Of a DNA stretch of 64,000 nt, positions 36,279-48,100 are shown piece by piece; positions within the stretch are counted from its first letter, which is position 1, and each line of letters begins with the position of its first letter. This DNA is from an uncultured Planctomycetaceae bacterium. GTDB lineage: Bacteria > Planctomycetota > Planctomycetia > Pirellulales > PALSA-1355. The DNA lies in contig CAWAUV010000001.1 of assembly GCA_963785305.1 (NCBI GenBank), forward strand, positions 150,132-214,131, written 5' to 3'. Both the position numbers and the translations under genes were made by a program. The notes under the pieces were generated by a model, which saw only the letters and a program-made list of their open reading frames with translations, had not been told where the DNA came from and made no database searches.

Positions 36279-37693
36279 ATGTATTCCCCCGAAATCGAAC
36301 ACGAGATGAAGTGTTTTTATCAATCGTTGTCCGAGAAAGATCGGCGGCGGTATGCGGGAATCGAGGCGCGAAAGTTGGGTCGCGGCGGCGGGGAATATAT
36401 TGCCAAGCTGTTCGACTGCGATCCCAAAACCGTGCGGCGCGGGACGGCCGACGTCGGCCAATTGCCGCGCGATCCGGCCGCCGGACGCGTGCGTAAAAAA
36501 GGGGGGACGCAAGTGCTGTCTTGATAGCAACCCCGCCATCGCCGAAAACTTGATCGAGATCGTCGACGAACACACGGCGGGCGATCCGATGCGCGAGGAC
36601 GTGACCTGGACCAATCTCACGCCCGCCGAAATCGCCACCGCCTTGGACGACCGCGGCACGCCGATCCGCGGGGATACGGTGCGCCAACTGCTCGTCGATG
36701 GCGGCTTCTCGTTGCGACGGCCCGAGAAAACGAAAGCACTCGGCGTCTGTGAATTTCGCGACGAGCAATTCGAAAAAATCGCCGCCTTGAAAGCCGAGTA
36801 TCTCGACGCCGGCAACCCGGCTCTCAGCATCGACACCAAGAAAAAGGAGCCGATCGGCGAGTTTCAGCCCGACGGCCGGGCTTGGTCCGACGGCCCAAAC
36901 CGCGTGCTCGACCACGACTTCAAGCGACCCGGCCAACTCCAACTGGTTCCGCATGGCATCTACGATCTGGCCACGAACCTGGGCCATATCACGCTGGGCG
37001 TGAGTCACGACACGAGCGAGTTCGTCCGCGATTGCGTCTTCGGCTGGTGGCAAACCACGGGCCAAGCGACCTATCCCCACGCCACTTCGATCCTGCTCTT
37101 TTGCGACGCGGGCGGTAGCAATAATTGTCGGCATCGGATTTTCAAACAAGACCTGCAATGCCTGGCCAATCAGATCGGCCTGCCGATCCGCGTGGCGCAT
37201 TATCTTCCTTACTGTTCCAAGTACAATCCGATCGAGCATCGCCTGTTTCCCCACGTCTCGCGCGCCCTGTCGGGCATCGTGCTCCGCGGCATCGACTTGG
37301 CGAAGAAGTGTATCGAACGAACTCATACCAGCACCGGCCTCAAAGTCTCGGTGAACATTATGGATAAGGCCTATCTTCGAGTTTCGCGTTTTTTGATAGC
37401 AATAGGCTTTTATTTCCTCGGATTTTACGAGATTTATGCGAGCTTCCGAGAGTCATCGCAGGTTGCGTGATACGCAAAAAATGCCCACGCGTTGCGCGAA
37501 ACGCCTAAAACTCACGAATAAACGCTAATTCGAATGCTAGCACAAAGTGCGAAAGTTGAACTATCAACTGAAGCGAAAAGTAACCACCGCATTTCGCGAA
37601 ATGATGCCGATCAAGTTCGACGAACAGCTACCCCTGCTAAACTACACCGCCAAACCCATGAAACAAATTCCCGGGAAGTTATTTGTCGGCTGA
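36279..37693 (+). pseudogene. ISAzo13-family transposase: two frames joined at A6G6 (36495-36506), C-terminus split by a MITE
   Basis: GGAGG RBS. Motifs LSEKDRRRYAGIEA, TAGDPM, SIDTKKKE, DHDF, CDAGGSN and AHYLPYCSKYNPIEHRLF. Removing the MITE restores DKAYQLKRKVTTAFREMMPIKFDEQLPLLNYTAKP...VG*. Confidence 0.88.
37376..37560. mobile_element. 185-bp non-autonomous element (MITE) with 5-bp target-site duplication CTATC
   Basis: CTATC at 37371-37375 and 37561-37565. The 26-bp ends TTCGAGTTTCGCGTTTTTTGATAGCA vs reverse complement TTCAACTTTCGCACTTTGTGCTAGCA match at 20/26. The interior is AT-rich with no transposase. Confidence 0.9.
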
Positions 37694-37696
37694 TCC

Positions 37697-37836
37697 ATAC
37701 CGGCAAGAGCATAAGTCCCATTAAAAGAAGGATTCCGAAAACGGCAAGCACCTGCGCACCCGGCGATAATCCACTTGTTCTTCGGCTTCGGCTTGGGGTC
37801 GGCGGGGCCGGTGTATTCATAGGGATTTTCGGGCAT
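37697..37836 (-). pseudogene. N-terminal remnant of a DUF1559-like gene truncated by the IS
   Basis: MPENPYEYTGPADPKPKPK, then (one-base shift) the pilin-like helix AQVLAVFGILLLMGLMLLPV, which ends at the IS right repeat. Confidence 0.6.
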
Positions 37837-38347
37837 CGGGATGGCTCCTGGCGCGTTGGATCGGAAAAAACCTGTTCGGCTGGGTCGCTTCAGCGCGGCT
37901 TGACGTTCCTCGGAAAACGGCGGTGCTCGTGTGCGTTCAGAAGTCGGCCTCGACTTTATCATGACCCGCGATCGAGATCAGCGCGCGCCGCGAAGCAGCT
38001 GGCGCATCGTCCGAGAGAGAACGAACGCCGCCGTCACACAGCGCCATCATCGTTACAGAGTGGTGCGCCAGCTTGGATTTTGGCCCGATGCTCATAATCA
38101 ACGATTCGTCGGCGTCGTTGGGAGACATCCAGTGGACGGCCCGGTCCGTGGGCGCTTCGATCAGCATGAGGGTTTGTGAAAGCCCATCGGTGATTTCAAA
38201 CCTCGCCGCTTGTTCTGCTTCGACACCGGGTCGGCGGGGCCGGTGTATTCATAGGGATTTTCGGGCATCGGGAGGGCTCCTGGCGCGTTGGATCGGAAAA
38301 AACCTGTTCGGCTGGGTCGCTTCAGCGCGGCTTGACGTTCCTCGGAA
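37796..38347. repeat. 120-bp direct repeat (37796-37915 and 38228-38347)
   Basis: 119/120 identical. Each copy covers the upstream region, RBS and first ~14 codons of a minus-strand DUF1559-like gene. Confidence 0.9.
37937..38268 (-). pseudogene. Internally deleted DUF1559-like gene
   Basis: MPENPYEYTGPADPVSKQNK is joined out of frame to the C-terminal EITDGLSQTLMLIE..HWMSP.D...HHSVTMMALCDGGVRSL (H-X9-DG-like). The central part is missing. Confidence 0.7.
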
Positions 38348-39191
38348 TACAGCGGCCCATTTGGGTGCTCGGAAGTTTCGACTCCGTCGTGAATCGAGAA
38401 AAGCGCGACGCTGGGCGACAGGCGACCCGACCAAGGGAAAACCCTCTAACTTTCATACGATCTTAGCTTCAACTCCTACGAGCCTCCACCAGCAGAGGAG
38501 GCAGTCGGATCGGCATCGGCGATCGCGATCGCCGGGGAGCATCGCGGTTTTTTTCTTGAATATTTGGATGAATATGAGGATTTTGCAAGTCAAATCGGCG
38601 CAAATGCGCCTTGCGCGAGGGGACCGTTGGTCGGGCGCCCCCAGGGAGCCTAGTTGCTAGCATGCGATGGTTGTCCGACTGTTCGGCCGCTTCCGGGCAT
38701 CGTCATTGTGGGCGTCAATCGGCGCGTGGCGCCACGGGAACAAGGTTGATTGGGCAGCCCCCCAGAGCGATCCCATTGCGGTCTTCCGCAATTGCAGTCG
38801 TTGGAACATGCGGCTAGGGAATTTCCGGCGTGCCATCGCTTCAATGACCCACGTGCGCAGTCGAAAACAGACGACCGAACCGAGCTAATTTTGTCGTAGC
38901 CGGGCGGCGATTCCAGCGAGCTGATCCGACGAAATCGACATCGAAAATCTTGGCGGCCGCCACCCCCCGTTAGACAGGGACGCGACTAAATGTCCGATCC
39001 CGGGAAACTTTTTTATTTTTGGTTTGAAGTCCAGCGTCCGCTCAATTATAGTACTCGCTGCTATTCTAGCGCGATCGATTCAACTCCGTGCCCTCTTTCG
39101 AGAAAAGCAGACGGCTTTCCAGAAGATCGGAATGCGATCGATCGTGTTATTGGTTTCCAGGCACCTTGTGTTTTCATGGCGGAGCTATCCG

Positions 39192-42100
39192 ATGGCAGCC
39201 ACCAGCGGTTGCGTTGTTCCCAGTCATTGCCCGGCGCGAGTCGAGCAAGCCGACTTATCGCGGACTTTTGATCGCGGTCCCAGGGCCTCCGCGGCGATGC
39301 GAGCGCGATGCGCCGCGTTGTGCATCGCGCTGACGCTCGGCCCAGCGGCAAGGCATCTTCGCGCGGGAACGCCCTCGACATTCACGGGTGGCACGCACGC
39401 CACGGGCGTCGACATGACCAACGGCTCGAACTACAGCACATCGAGCGTGCCGAACAATTCGACCGACATCATTATCAGCGCTACGTATCCATCCTCGTTT
39501 AGCACCCCGACCACGCTCACGATCAATTCGAATCTTTCGGCCGAATCGCTCAACGACGCGAATCCCGGGTTGCTCGTGATTGGCAACACCGGCAACACGA
39601 ACTCGATATTCACGCTCGGCAATCCCACCGGCCAAAACAATCAGGCCTCCGGCAACAGCGCGACGTTCAACTCGCATGATCTGCTCTTCGTCGGCGGATT
39701 GGCGGGGTCGGGCGGCGTGTCGACATTGACCATTCAGGGGACCAACGCCGGCTCGGGAACGGGCACGCTCGGCCTAGCGCTCGCGCAGAGCGGAAATCTA
39801 GACGTCGCGGCGGGCAATTTCCTGACCATCAGCGCGGCCATGTCCGGGGCCGTGAGCTTGCAGCAAAACGGCGCGGGCACGGTCACGCTCTCGGGCAATA
39901 GCACCTGGGGCGGCGCCGGCCAAAACTACCTGCTCACCGCCGGCACACTAAACCTGGGTAGCGCCACGGCCCTGGGCAGCAGCGCGACGACGCTCGACCT
40001 CAACGGCGGCACGCTTTCGGATACAGCCGCTCTCACCGCCGCCGTCGCCAATAATATCGTGATCTCAGCGAGCAGCACGATTGCCTCGACGAGCACCCCA
40101 ATGATCTTCAGCGGCTCCGTCACCAATGGCCCCGCGCCGGGCACATCGATCAACAATGTGCTGCCGGCGGTGAGCCCCTCGAATACGCTGACGATCTCGG
40201 GAACAGGCTCGGCCACCTTCGGCGGCGCCTTCTACCTTTCGGGCACTCCGAACGTGGCCGGCTCGCTGAGCTTGGTCAGCAACGGCGCGTCGTCGGTCGT
40301 GGTGAACGGCAACATCATTGGCGACACAGGCGCCGGCTCGGCCCTGAGCACATTCACCATTCAGCCCAACGGCGGCGCCTCGAACAGTATCACGATCAAT
40401 TCATCGAACTCCTACAACGGCATCACTTCGCTCGGTGGCAGCGACACGGGCAATATCGTGCTGGGGAGCAACACCGCGTTTGGCTCTAGCGTCGTGCAAC
40501 TCAACAAGGCAAACATGGTGGCCGCCAATTTGTCGGGGGAAACATCACCCTGGCCAATCCGATGCAAGAGTTCAACACCGTGGCCAGTGTGTCGGGGGGA
40601 TACAATTTCACGAGCTCGGGATCCTTCACGCAGATGGGCACGGCGTCGACATTCAACAACAACTCCGCCGGCCTGCTCACCTTCTCGAACAATGTCTACC
40701 TCTCGAATTTGCAGTCGGCCGGCTATACGCTCACGCTGGGCGGCGCCGGCAATATCCTGATCAGCGGCGTGATCTCGAACTACAACGGTCAATCGGTCAA
40801 CGCTCCCGGCGCCGGCGGCTCGCTTGTCTATAGCGGCGCCGGTCAACTCACATTGTCGGGCTCGAACACATTCACCGGCGGAATGACCCTCGCCAGTGGG
40901 CAGTTGAATCTGAATAGCGTCGGCGCGTTGCCCGCGACGGGATTGACCATCAGCGGCAATAGCTCGATCGACAACACCTCGGGCGCCGCGATTACGCTGA
41001 ACAGCAGCCCCGCGATAACGCTCGGGGCCAATGTCAATTTCATGGGCTCCAACAATCTCAATTTGGGCGCGGGAGCGGTTTCCCTCTCGGGTAGCCGCAC
41101 GATCTTTTTGGGAAACCAGGGAAGCGCTCCCTCGACATTGACGATGGCCGGCGCCGTCACGAACACCGCCAACAGCGCTATTACCACCACGGTCGTCGGC
41201 GCCGGCAATACGCTCGTCCTGGGCAGCTTGAATCTGGGTAACACCAGCTCGGAGACGAGCACTTTCACGGGCAATGGCAATATCAATATCACGGGTCCCG
41301 TGGCCGATGGCACGCAATCCTATGTCACGTATAGCACCTTGGCGTACACCGGCTCGGGCACGATGAATCTCCAGGGCGCGAACACGTTCACCGGCGGATT
41401 GACCGTGACGGGTGGCACGGTCAACGTCACCGGATCGCTGGCCAGCGGTCTCTCTCAATTCACGTTGGGCGGGGGCGGCACGCTCAATTACAACCCGGCC
41501 ATCGCCGGTGCGCAGTCCGTCAATTATTCGTACCTCTATAGCGGTAATTCGAACATCGTCCTTGGCGCCGCCGGCGATACGCTCAATCTCGGAAACTTGT
41601 TCCGTTCCAACACCGGCGCCGTGATTAACTTTCCCACGACCGGCACGGTCACCACTTCGGCCGGCAACGACTCCAGCGGCGTCATCGGCGCCTGGGCCAC
41701 GATCGGCTCCGGAACCAATCTGGCTTATGCGGTCTCCAACGGGGCGACTTCGGCGATTACTCCCTACGCCGCCGCCACTCCGGCCACCGCCACCAACATG
41801 ACGAGCTCCAGCACGAGCTTCAGCTACGGCGCGGGTGGCACGCTGACCCCGACGAGCTCCGCCACGGTCGACACATTGCAAATCACCGGCAGCGCGGCCA
41901 CCACCCTGAGCACGGCGAGCGGTTCCTTCACCTTCAACGGCTTGATGAGCGACAGCACCGCGTTGACCACGATCTCCGGTTCGGCGAATCCCGTATATCT
42001 TGGCGCCGGCAACGCCGATGGCGTCATCACCGGCCCCGGCTCGATCACCATTTCCTCGGTGGTCGCCGGCCAAGCTTTGACCATGGCCGGAACCGGCACG

Positions 42101-45100
42101 CTGACGCTCAGCGGGACCAACACCTATAGTGGCGGCACGTATCTCAACAGCGGCACGATCAATTTCGGCGCCGATCTCAATCTCGGCGCGGCGCCCGGCT
42201 CGGCGACGCCCGGCAACCTGACCTTCAGCGGGGGCACGCTGCAAGACACCGCCACGATCACGCTCAACGCCAACCGCGGCATTCTTCTTCAGGGCAACGG
42301 CGGGACCATCAGCGTCAATAACGGCGCCACGCTGACCTACGGCGGCCTGATGGCCGGCAGCGCTCCCCTGAACTTCACCGGCCCGGGCACGTTCAGTGAA
42401 ACCGCCGCCGCCGGCATGGCGGCCTTGACTGGACCGGTCAACGTTTTGGCCGGAACGCTGAACTATCAACTCGCCGCGGCGACAGCGCAAAATAATCCCT
42501 TCGGCGCCGGTCCGTTAACTCTCGGAGCGGCGAGCTCCGCGACCAGTGCCACTTTGAACCTCTCCAACAATGGAGCCTCCGACACGGTCACCTCGCCACT
42601 GATCGTGGCATCGGGCAACACGGGCACGCTCAAAATCACCGACCCCTCCGGTCAAATCTGGAACTTTTCAGGCCCGGCCTACTTGGGTAGCAACCTGACG
42701 GTTGTCAATTCGAATGGCGCTGCAAACAGCATCTTCGAATTGTCCGGCGTGACCACGGGAACCGGGAGCCTGACCCTGCAGGGAACCGGAGCCGGCTCGC
42801 CCTTCACCATCGCCGGCTTCTACAACACATCGAGCTCGATCATCAACACCGGCACGAACGCGTCGGGCGTCGTCACGATCAGTGGCACGCTTGGCCCGCT
42901 CGTCGCGGGGTTGCTGCAGAACTCCTCGACCGCGCCGATGACCATCAGCGCCTCGCAGCCTTATTACGCGGGCACGACGACCGTCACTGCGGGCACATTC
43001 AATGCCAATGCCCTCAATGCCGTGGGCTCGGGCTCGGTGCTGGTCAATGGCGGCGCCCTGGCCGAGAGCACCGCCAACGCTTTGAGCTCGACCGCGTCGC
43101 TCGCGGTGTCCAGCGGCTCGGCCACGCTGAGCCAAGCCAACAACTACACCGGCCCCACCACGATCTCCTCCACCGGCACATTGAATTTGAGCGGCGTCGG
43201 CGCGAGCAGCGCCTCGGCCATTGGCGTCAGCGGTGGCGCCCTGAATATCACCGGCTCGAGCGGCGTCACCGGAGGGTCGATCACCGCGACCGGCGGCGTG
43301 ATCAATATCGCCAACGGGGCCACCGGCTTCGCCACCGCCGCCAATGTGCCCATCGCGCTCAATGGCGGCGAATTGATTACGCCCGCCTCGACGATCGGTT
43401 CGCCGGCCGGCGCCATCGGCGGCACGCTCACGGTTGGCTCTGGCGGCGTTGTTTTTCCGGGAAATGGGGCGGTCGGCCAATTGAACGTGGCGAACTTGTC
43501 GGCCGCCGCGGGATCGGCTCTTGAATTCAGCACGACAACTCCTTGGACCAGCGTCCCGGCCACGACCGGCAGCTTGCTCGATGTGACCGGAGCCTTTACC
43601 GCCGCCGCGGGGACCAAGCTCACATTCCTTTCCTCGCCGGTCGCCGCGGGGGATTACCGCTTGATCGAATACGCGGGCACGGCGCCCACCTTGAGCAATT
43701 TCACGTTGCCCGCGGCGCCCGCGGGATTGAACTATGCGCTCAGCACTTCGGCCGATCTCGGTTATATCGACCTCGTGGTCACCAACAGTTCCTACACCGC
43801 GGCCAATTCCACCTGGGCACTCAGTGGCGGAGGCACTTGGAACTCCACGGCAAGCTGGACCCCGGCCGTGATTCCCACGATCTCCGGCGACGCCGCGACC
43901 TTTGGCGCGTCGATCGGCAATACCAACGCCACGGTCACGCTCGACGCCAACCAACACGTCGGCAGCCTAACGTTCAACAACTCGGGAACCGGCGTCTACA
44001 CCCTCGCCAATGGCTCTTCCGGCACGAACACGCTCTATCTTGACAATGGCGCGTCGAGCGCGTCGGTCACCAACTCGACGAACAACAACGTCATCTCCGC
44101 GCCGGTCAACTTCTACAGCAGCAACTCGAACTTCAATATCGCCGAAGGCACGACGCTGTCGATGAGCGGCGCAATCACCGGAACCGGCGGCCTCACCATG
44201 ACGACCGGCGCCGGCGCCTTGAGCCTCTCGGGCGCCAACAGCTTCACCGGTCCGATCAACCTGAACGCGGGCGTATTGACCTTTCCCACCGCCAGTAGCG
44301 TTGCCTCCTGGGGCAATGCCGGGGCCGCGACTTTTAATATGAACGGTGGCACGGTGAATCTTTCCGCGGCGACGGGCGCCACCACATTGTCCTCGGGCGC
44401 GCTGTTCAACTTTGGAACCAACGGCGGCACGATCATCGCCTCCGGGGCCGGAACCACCGGCAAGCTCATCGACAGCACTGCCTATTCGCTCGCTGGCAGC
44501 GGCACGCTCATCAAGGCGGGCGGCGCCGACCTCCTGATCAATGTGCCCAACTACAACCCCACGACGACTTCCGGCTTCACCGGAAACGTCACGATCCAGG
44601 GTGGATACGTCGAACTGCAAAATATCTTGGGGCTCGGTAACGGTGGCACGGTCACCGTCTCGGGCGTCGCCGCGACGGCCGGAGCGACCGGCAACCTCAC
44701 TGTCGGCAGCGAACTGGTCACTTTGGCCGCGGGCGCCACGAGCGGCTTGCTTGTCGGCCAGGCGGTTAGTGGAACCGGTATTCCCGCCGGCGCCTATATC
44801 ACGGAAATCACGAGCGGAACGACGTTCGACATCAGCGCCCCGGTCACCACCGCCGGCAGCGCGGTTGCCTTGACCCTGCCCGCGACCAATGGTGAATTCG
44901 TGGGAAGCACCACGGCGGGCTACATCTCGAATCCGATCGTCTTTTCCGGCGTCGGAGGCATCGTCAGCGCCAACGCCACCGGAACGATCTTCACCGGCTC
45001 CGTAAGCGTGCCGGCTTCGGGCACATTCACCGTCGCGCCGCGGTTGTTCCAAACCACGACCACCGGCTCGAACGTGATCATGGCCGGCGCCATCACCGGC

Positions 45101-48100
45101 GGGGCCTCGCTATCGCTGGGCACGATTACCGAGAGCAGCCTGGGCAACGTGATCTTGGGTGGCAGCAACACCAATTGGACCACGAACCAGGGCACGAGCG
45201 GCAACCCCTTCGTGATGAGCAGCGCGTTTCAGGGCTTGGAATTTGGCCCGAACGCCCGGCCCAACGCGGCCAATGGAGTGAATGTCACGCTCAGCGGCGG
45301 CGCCTTTGGAATCGTTTCCGACGGCGACGGAACCGGAAACCCCAACAACGCCGGCACATTCACCGACACCTTCAACATGACCGTCAGTTCCACGCTCGAA
45401 GTCGGACGCATCGGCGCCGGCGTGCCCGTGGGTTCATACCTCTACAATACACCCACCAACAAGCAAGTCGCCGAAAGCAACAACTTCACCCTCGGCGCCT
45501 ATACCCTCACGGTCTCGAACAGCAACGGCTATGGGCTCGACTTCACCGGCGGCATGACGCTCAACGGCACGGATCCGATCCTGAAGGTCAGCACCGGAAC
45601 CTATTCCGACCAGACCTATGGCCTGACGATCGATGGCACGGTGTCGAGCGGCGGCATGCTCCCACGACCAATGGAGCGATCATCCTGGCGGTCTCGGGCG
45701 GCAACGTCGCCTTGACCAATACCTTCAACAGCTTCGGCACGAGCGGAGTCGGCGTCAACCAACTGATCGCTGTCACCGGCGGGCAACTCGCCTTCACCGG
45801 CTCGTCGGGCGTCGATTCGCTCGGCAATGTCGGCAACGTGGTGGAGAACACCAATAACAACGGTGGCATCAATAACGGATTCCGCTTCTTCAACGGCGTC
45901 ACGACGCCCAGCAACGTGCCCGCGGCGATCTCGCTTATTGACAGCCGCAACTTCTTCCTGAACGCCGGCACGACGAATTTCGATGTCGCCCCCAACGCCT
46001 CGCTCACCCTCTCGACCGGGCTCTCGGTCGTTGCGGCCGGCGACGGGATCAGCAAGAACGATGACGGCACGCTGGTGTTGTCACACGCGTTTAACAACGT
46101 CAACACGCCCATCGGCACGCTCATTCCCGCCACCACCTGGACCGGCGGCATGCAGATCAACGCCGGCGCCGTGGAGCTCACCGCCAATTCGGCCTTCGGC
46201 ACCGGCACGATCGGGGTCGTTCTCGAACAAGCCGCCCTGCAATTGGCGGGCGGGGTCACGGTCGCCAACGCGATCTCGCTCAATACGACCGGAACCGGCG
46301 GCTACAATATCCTCGGTGGCATCAATAGCCGCGGCGGCGTGGAAAATGTCTCGGGCAATAATACGATCACGGGCGCGATCACGCTCAATCAAGACAACCT
46401 GATCGGCGCCGACGCCGGCACGCTCACCATCAGCACCGGAATCAATGTCAACGGTCACCAGATCGGTTTCACCGCCGCCGCGGGCGCGGCGATCGATCTC
46501 ACGGCGCCGTTCACGGGCAATGTCTACGGATTCCAAAAACTGGGCGCCGGCACGCTCAACATCACCGCCAGCAACACCGTCGCCACCACGAACGTGGGGC
46601 CGACAATCTACGCCGGCACGGTCGATGTCTCAGGCAACAACGTCTACTTCGAACTGGGTTCGAATTCCACTCGGCCGCTCACCATCAATCAAAGCGGCGT
46701 GTTCACCCTCGACGACTCGCAGGGCACGGCGACCGCGAATCGCCTGGGCAATTCGACGCTCACCATGAACGGCGGCACGTTCAACTACATCGTCAACACT
46801 TCCGGGTCCAGCGAATCGAACGCCGCCCTGACGATCAACCCGGGCGGCGCGATTATCAATATCAACGACGGCACGAGCGGCGTGAGCACCCTCACCTTCA
46901 CCACTTTGACGCAAAACGCCGGCGGCTCGCTCGAATTCACCGGCGCATACGGAACGGCCAACAATAAGATCGTGTTCAGCACGGCGCCGACTCTGACCGG
47001 CGGCGCCACCCCCGCCACGAACGGCCTCTTGGCCCGCGACGTGGTCATCAATGGCTCCGGCGTCGCGAACTTCGCCACCTACAACACCAATGGCGTGGCG
47101 ACCAACGCGCTCGGCATCCAGGCATTTACCGGCTACGACAACAACGGCGCCTATACGAATATCAACTCGGCGGCGGCCACCGACACCGTCGCGATCGGGG
47201 CCGGATACGTCACGAACTCGGCGATTACCTCGGCCACCACGACCCTCAATGCCCTGGCGATGTCGGGCGGCACGACGCTTTCCGGCCCCGCGGGTTATGG
47301 CGCGCTGACTCTCACCAGCGGCGGCGTGCTGTTCAATGGAATCGGCAATACGATCACCGAGCCCATCATTGCCCAGGGGGCGACTGAATACATCTATCAT
47401 GTCGCGGCCTCGTCGAGCGGCATCATCAATAGCGCGATCACCGGCACGAGTGGCCTTACCAAGGCCGACGCCGGCAGCTTGCAACTTGCCAATCCCACCT
47501 ACTATTCCGGCACGACAACCATCAACGGCGGCACATTGCAATTGGCGTCGGGCGCAACGAATACCTTGTTCCATAACAATTCGCTCGTCGTGAATAACGG
47601 GGGCACGCTCGATCTCAACGGCGGCGTGCAATATGTCGGCAATCTGTCGAGCAGCAACGCGACGGTCGCCACCACCACGCCCGGCGGCACGATCACCTCG
47701 ACCAACGGTCCGGCCACTCTCGTCGCCAACACCGGCGCCACCGTGTTCGCCGGCTCGATCACCAACACACCCGGCAACGACGTGACCTTCATTCGCTCCG
47801 GAACCGCGAATACCTTCTATCTACTCGGCCCCAACAGTTATACCGGTCCCACCTTGATCGAAGGCGGCGGCACATTCTTCAGCAGCGGCCTTTCGGGCAC
47901 GGTGCTCGCCGACAATGGCAGCCTCTCGGCCACGTCGTCGGTGACGATCAACTATTCGTCCCTGACGCTCAACAACTCCTCGGTCACGCTCACGGATAGC
48001 TCGAGCCGCATCAACCCCTCCGCTCCGATCACGCTCAACGGCGGATCGTTCGATTTCCTCGGACGCACCGCGTCGGCCTCGAACGAATCGTTCGGCGCCC

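Larger units (their letters stand above)
36163..37696 (+). mobile_element. ISAzo13-family insertion sequence (interrupted)
   Basis: 27-bp terminal inverted repeats, GGATCGCCCGAAAAATAACTTTCCGGG (36163-36189) vs reverse complement GGATCAGCCGACAAATAACTTCCCGGG (37670-37696), match at 23/27. They enclose a Rhodopirellula-type DDE transposase. Confidence 0.9.

Noticed and set aside
36204..37326. Minus-strand ORFs 36204-36839 and 36223-37326
   Set aside because: They are antisense to the clearly recognisable ISAzo13 transposase.
37534..38097. 187-aa plus-strand ORF after the transposase
   Set aside because: It crosses the MITE end, the IS end and the DUF1559 remnants in a frame with no coherent motifs.
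37796..38347. 120-bp near-identical repeat as a DGR template/variable repeat pair
   Set aside because: It has only one mismatch, covers gene starts rather than a C-terminal variable region, and no reverse transcriptase is present in the window.
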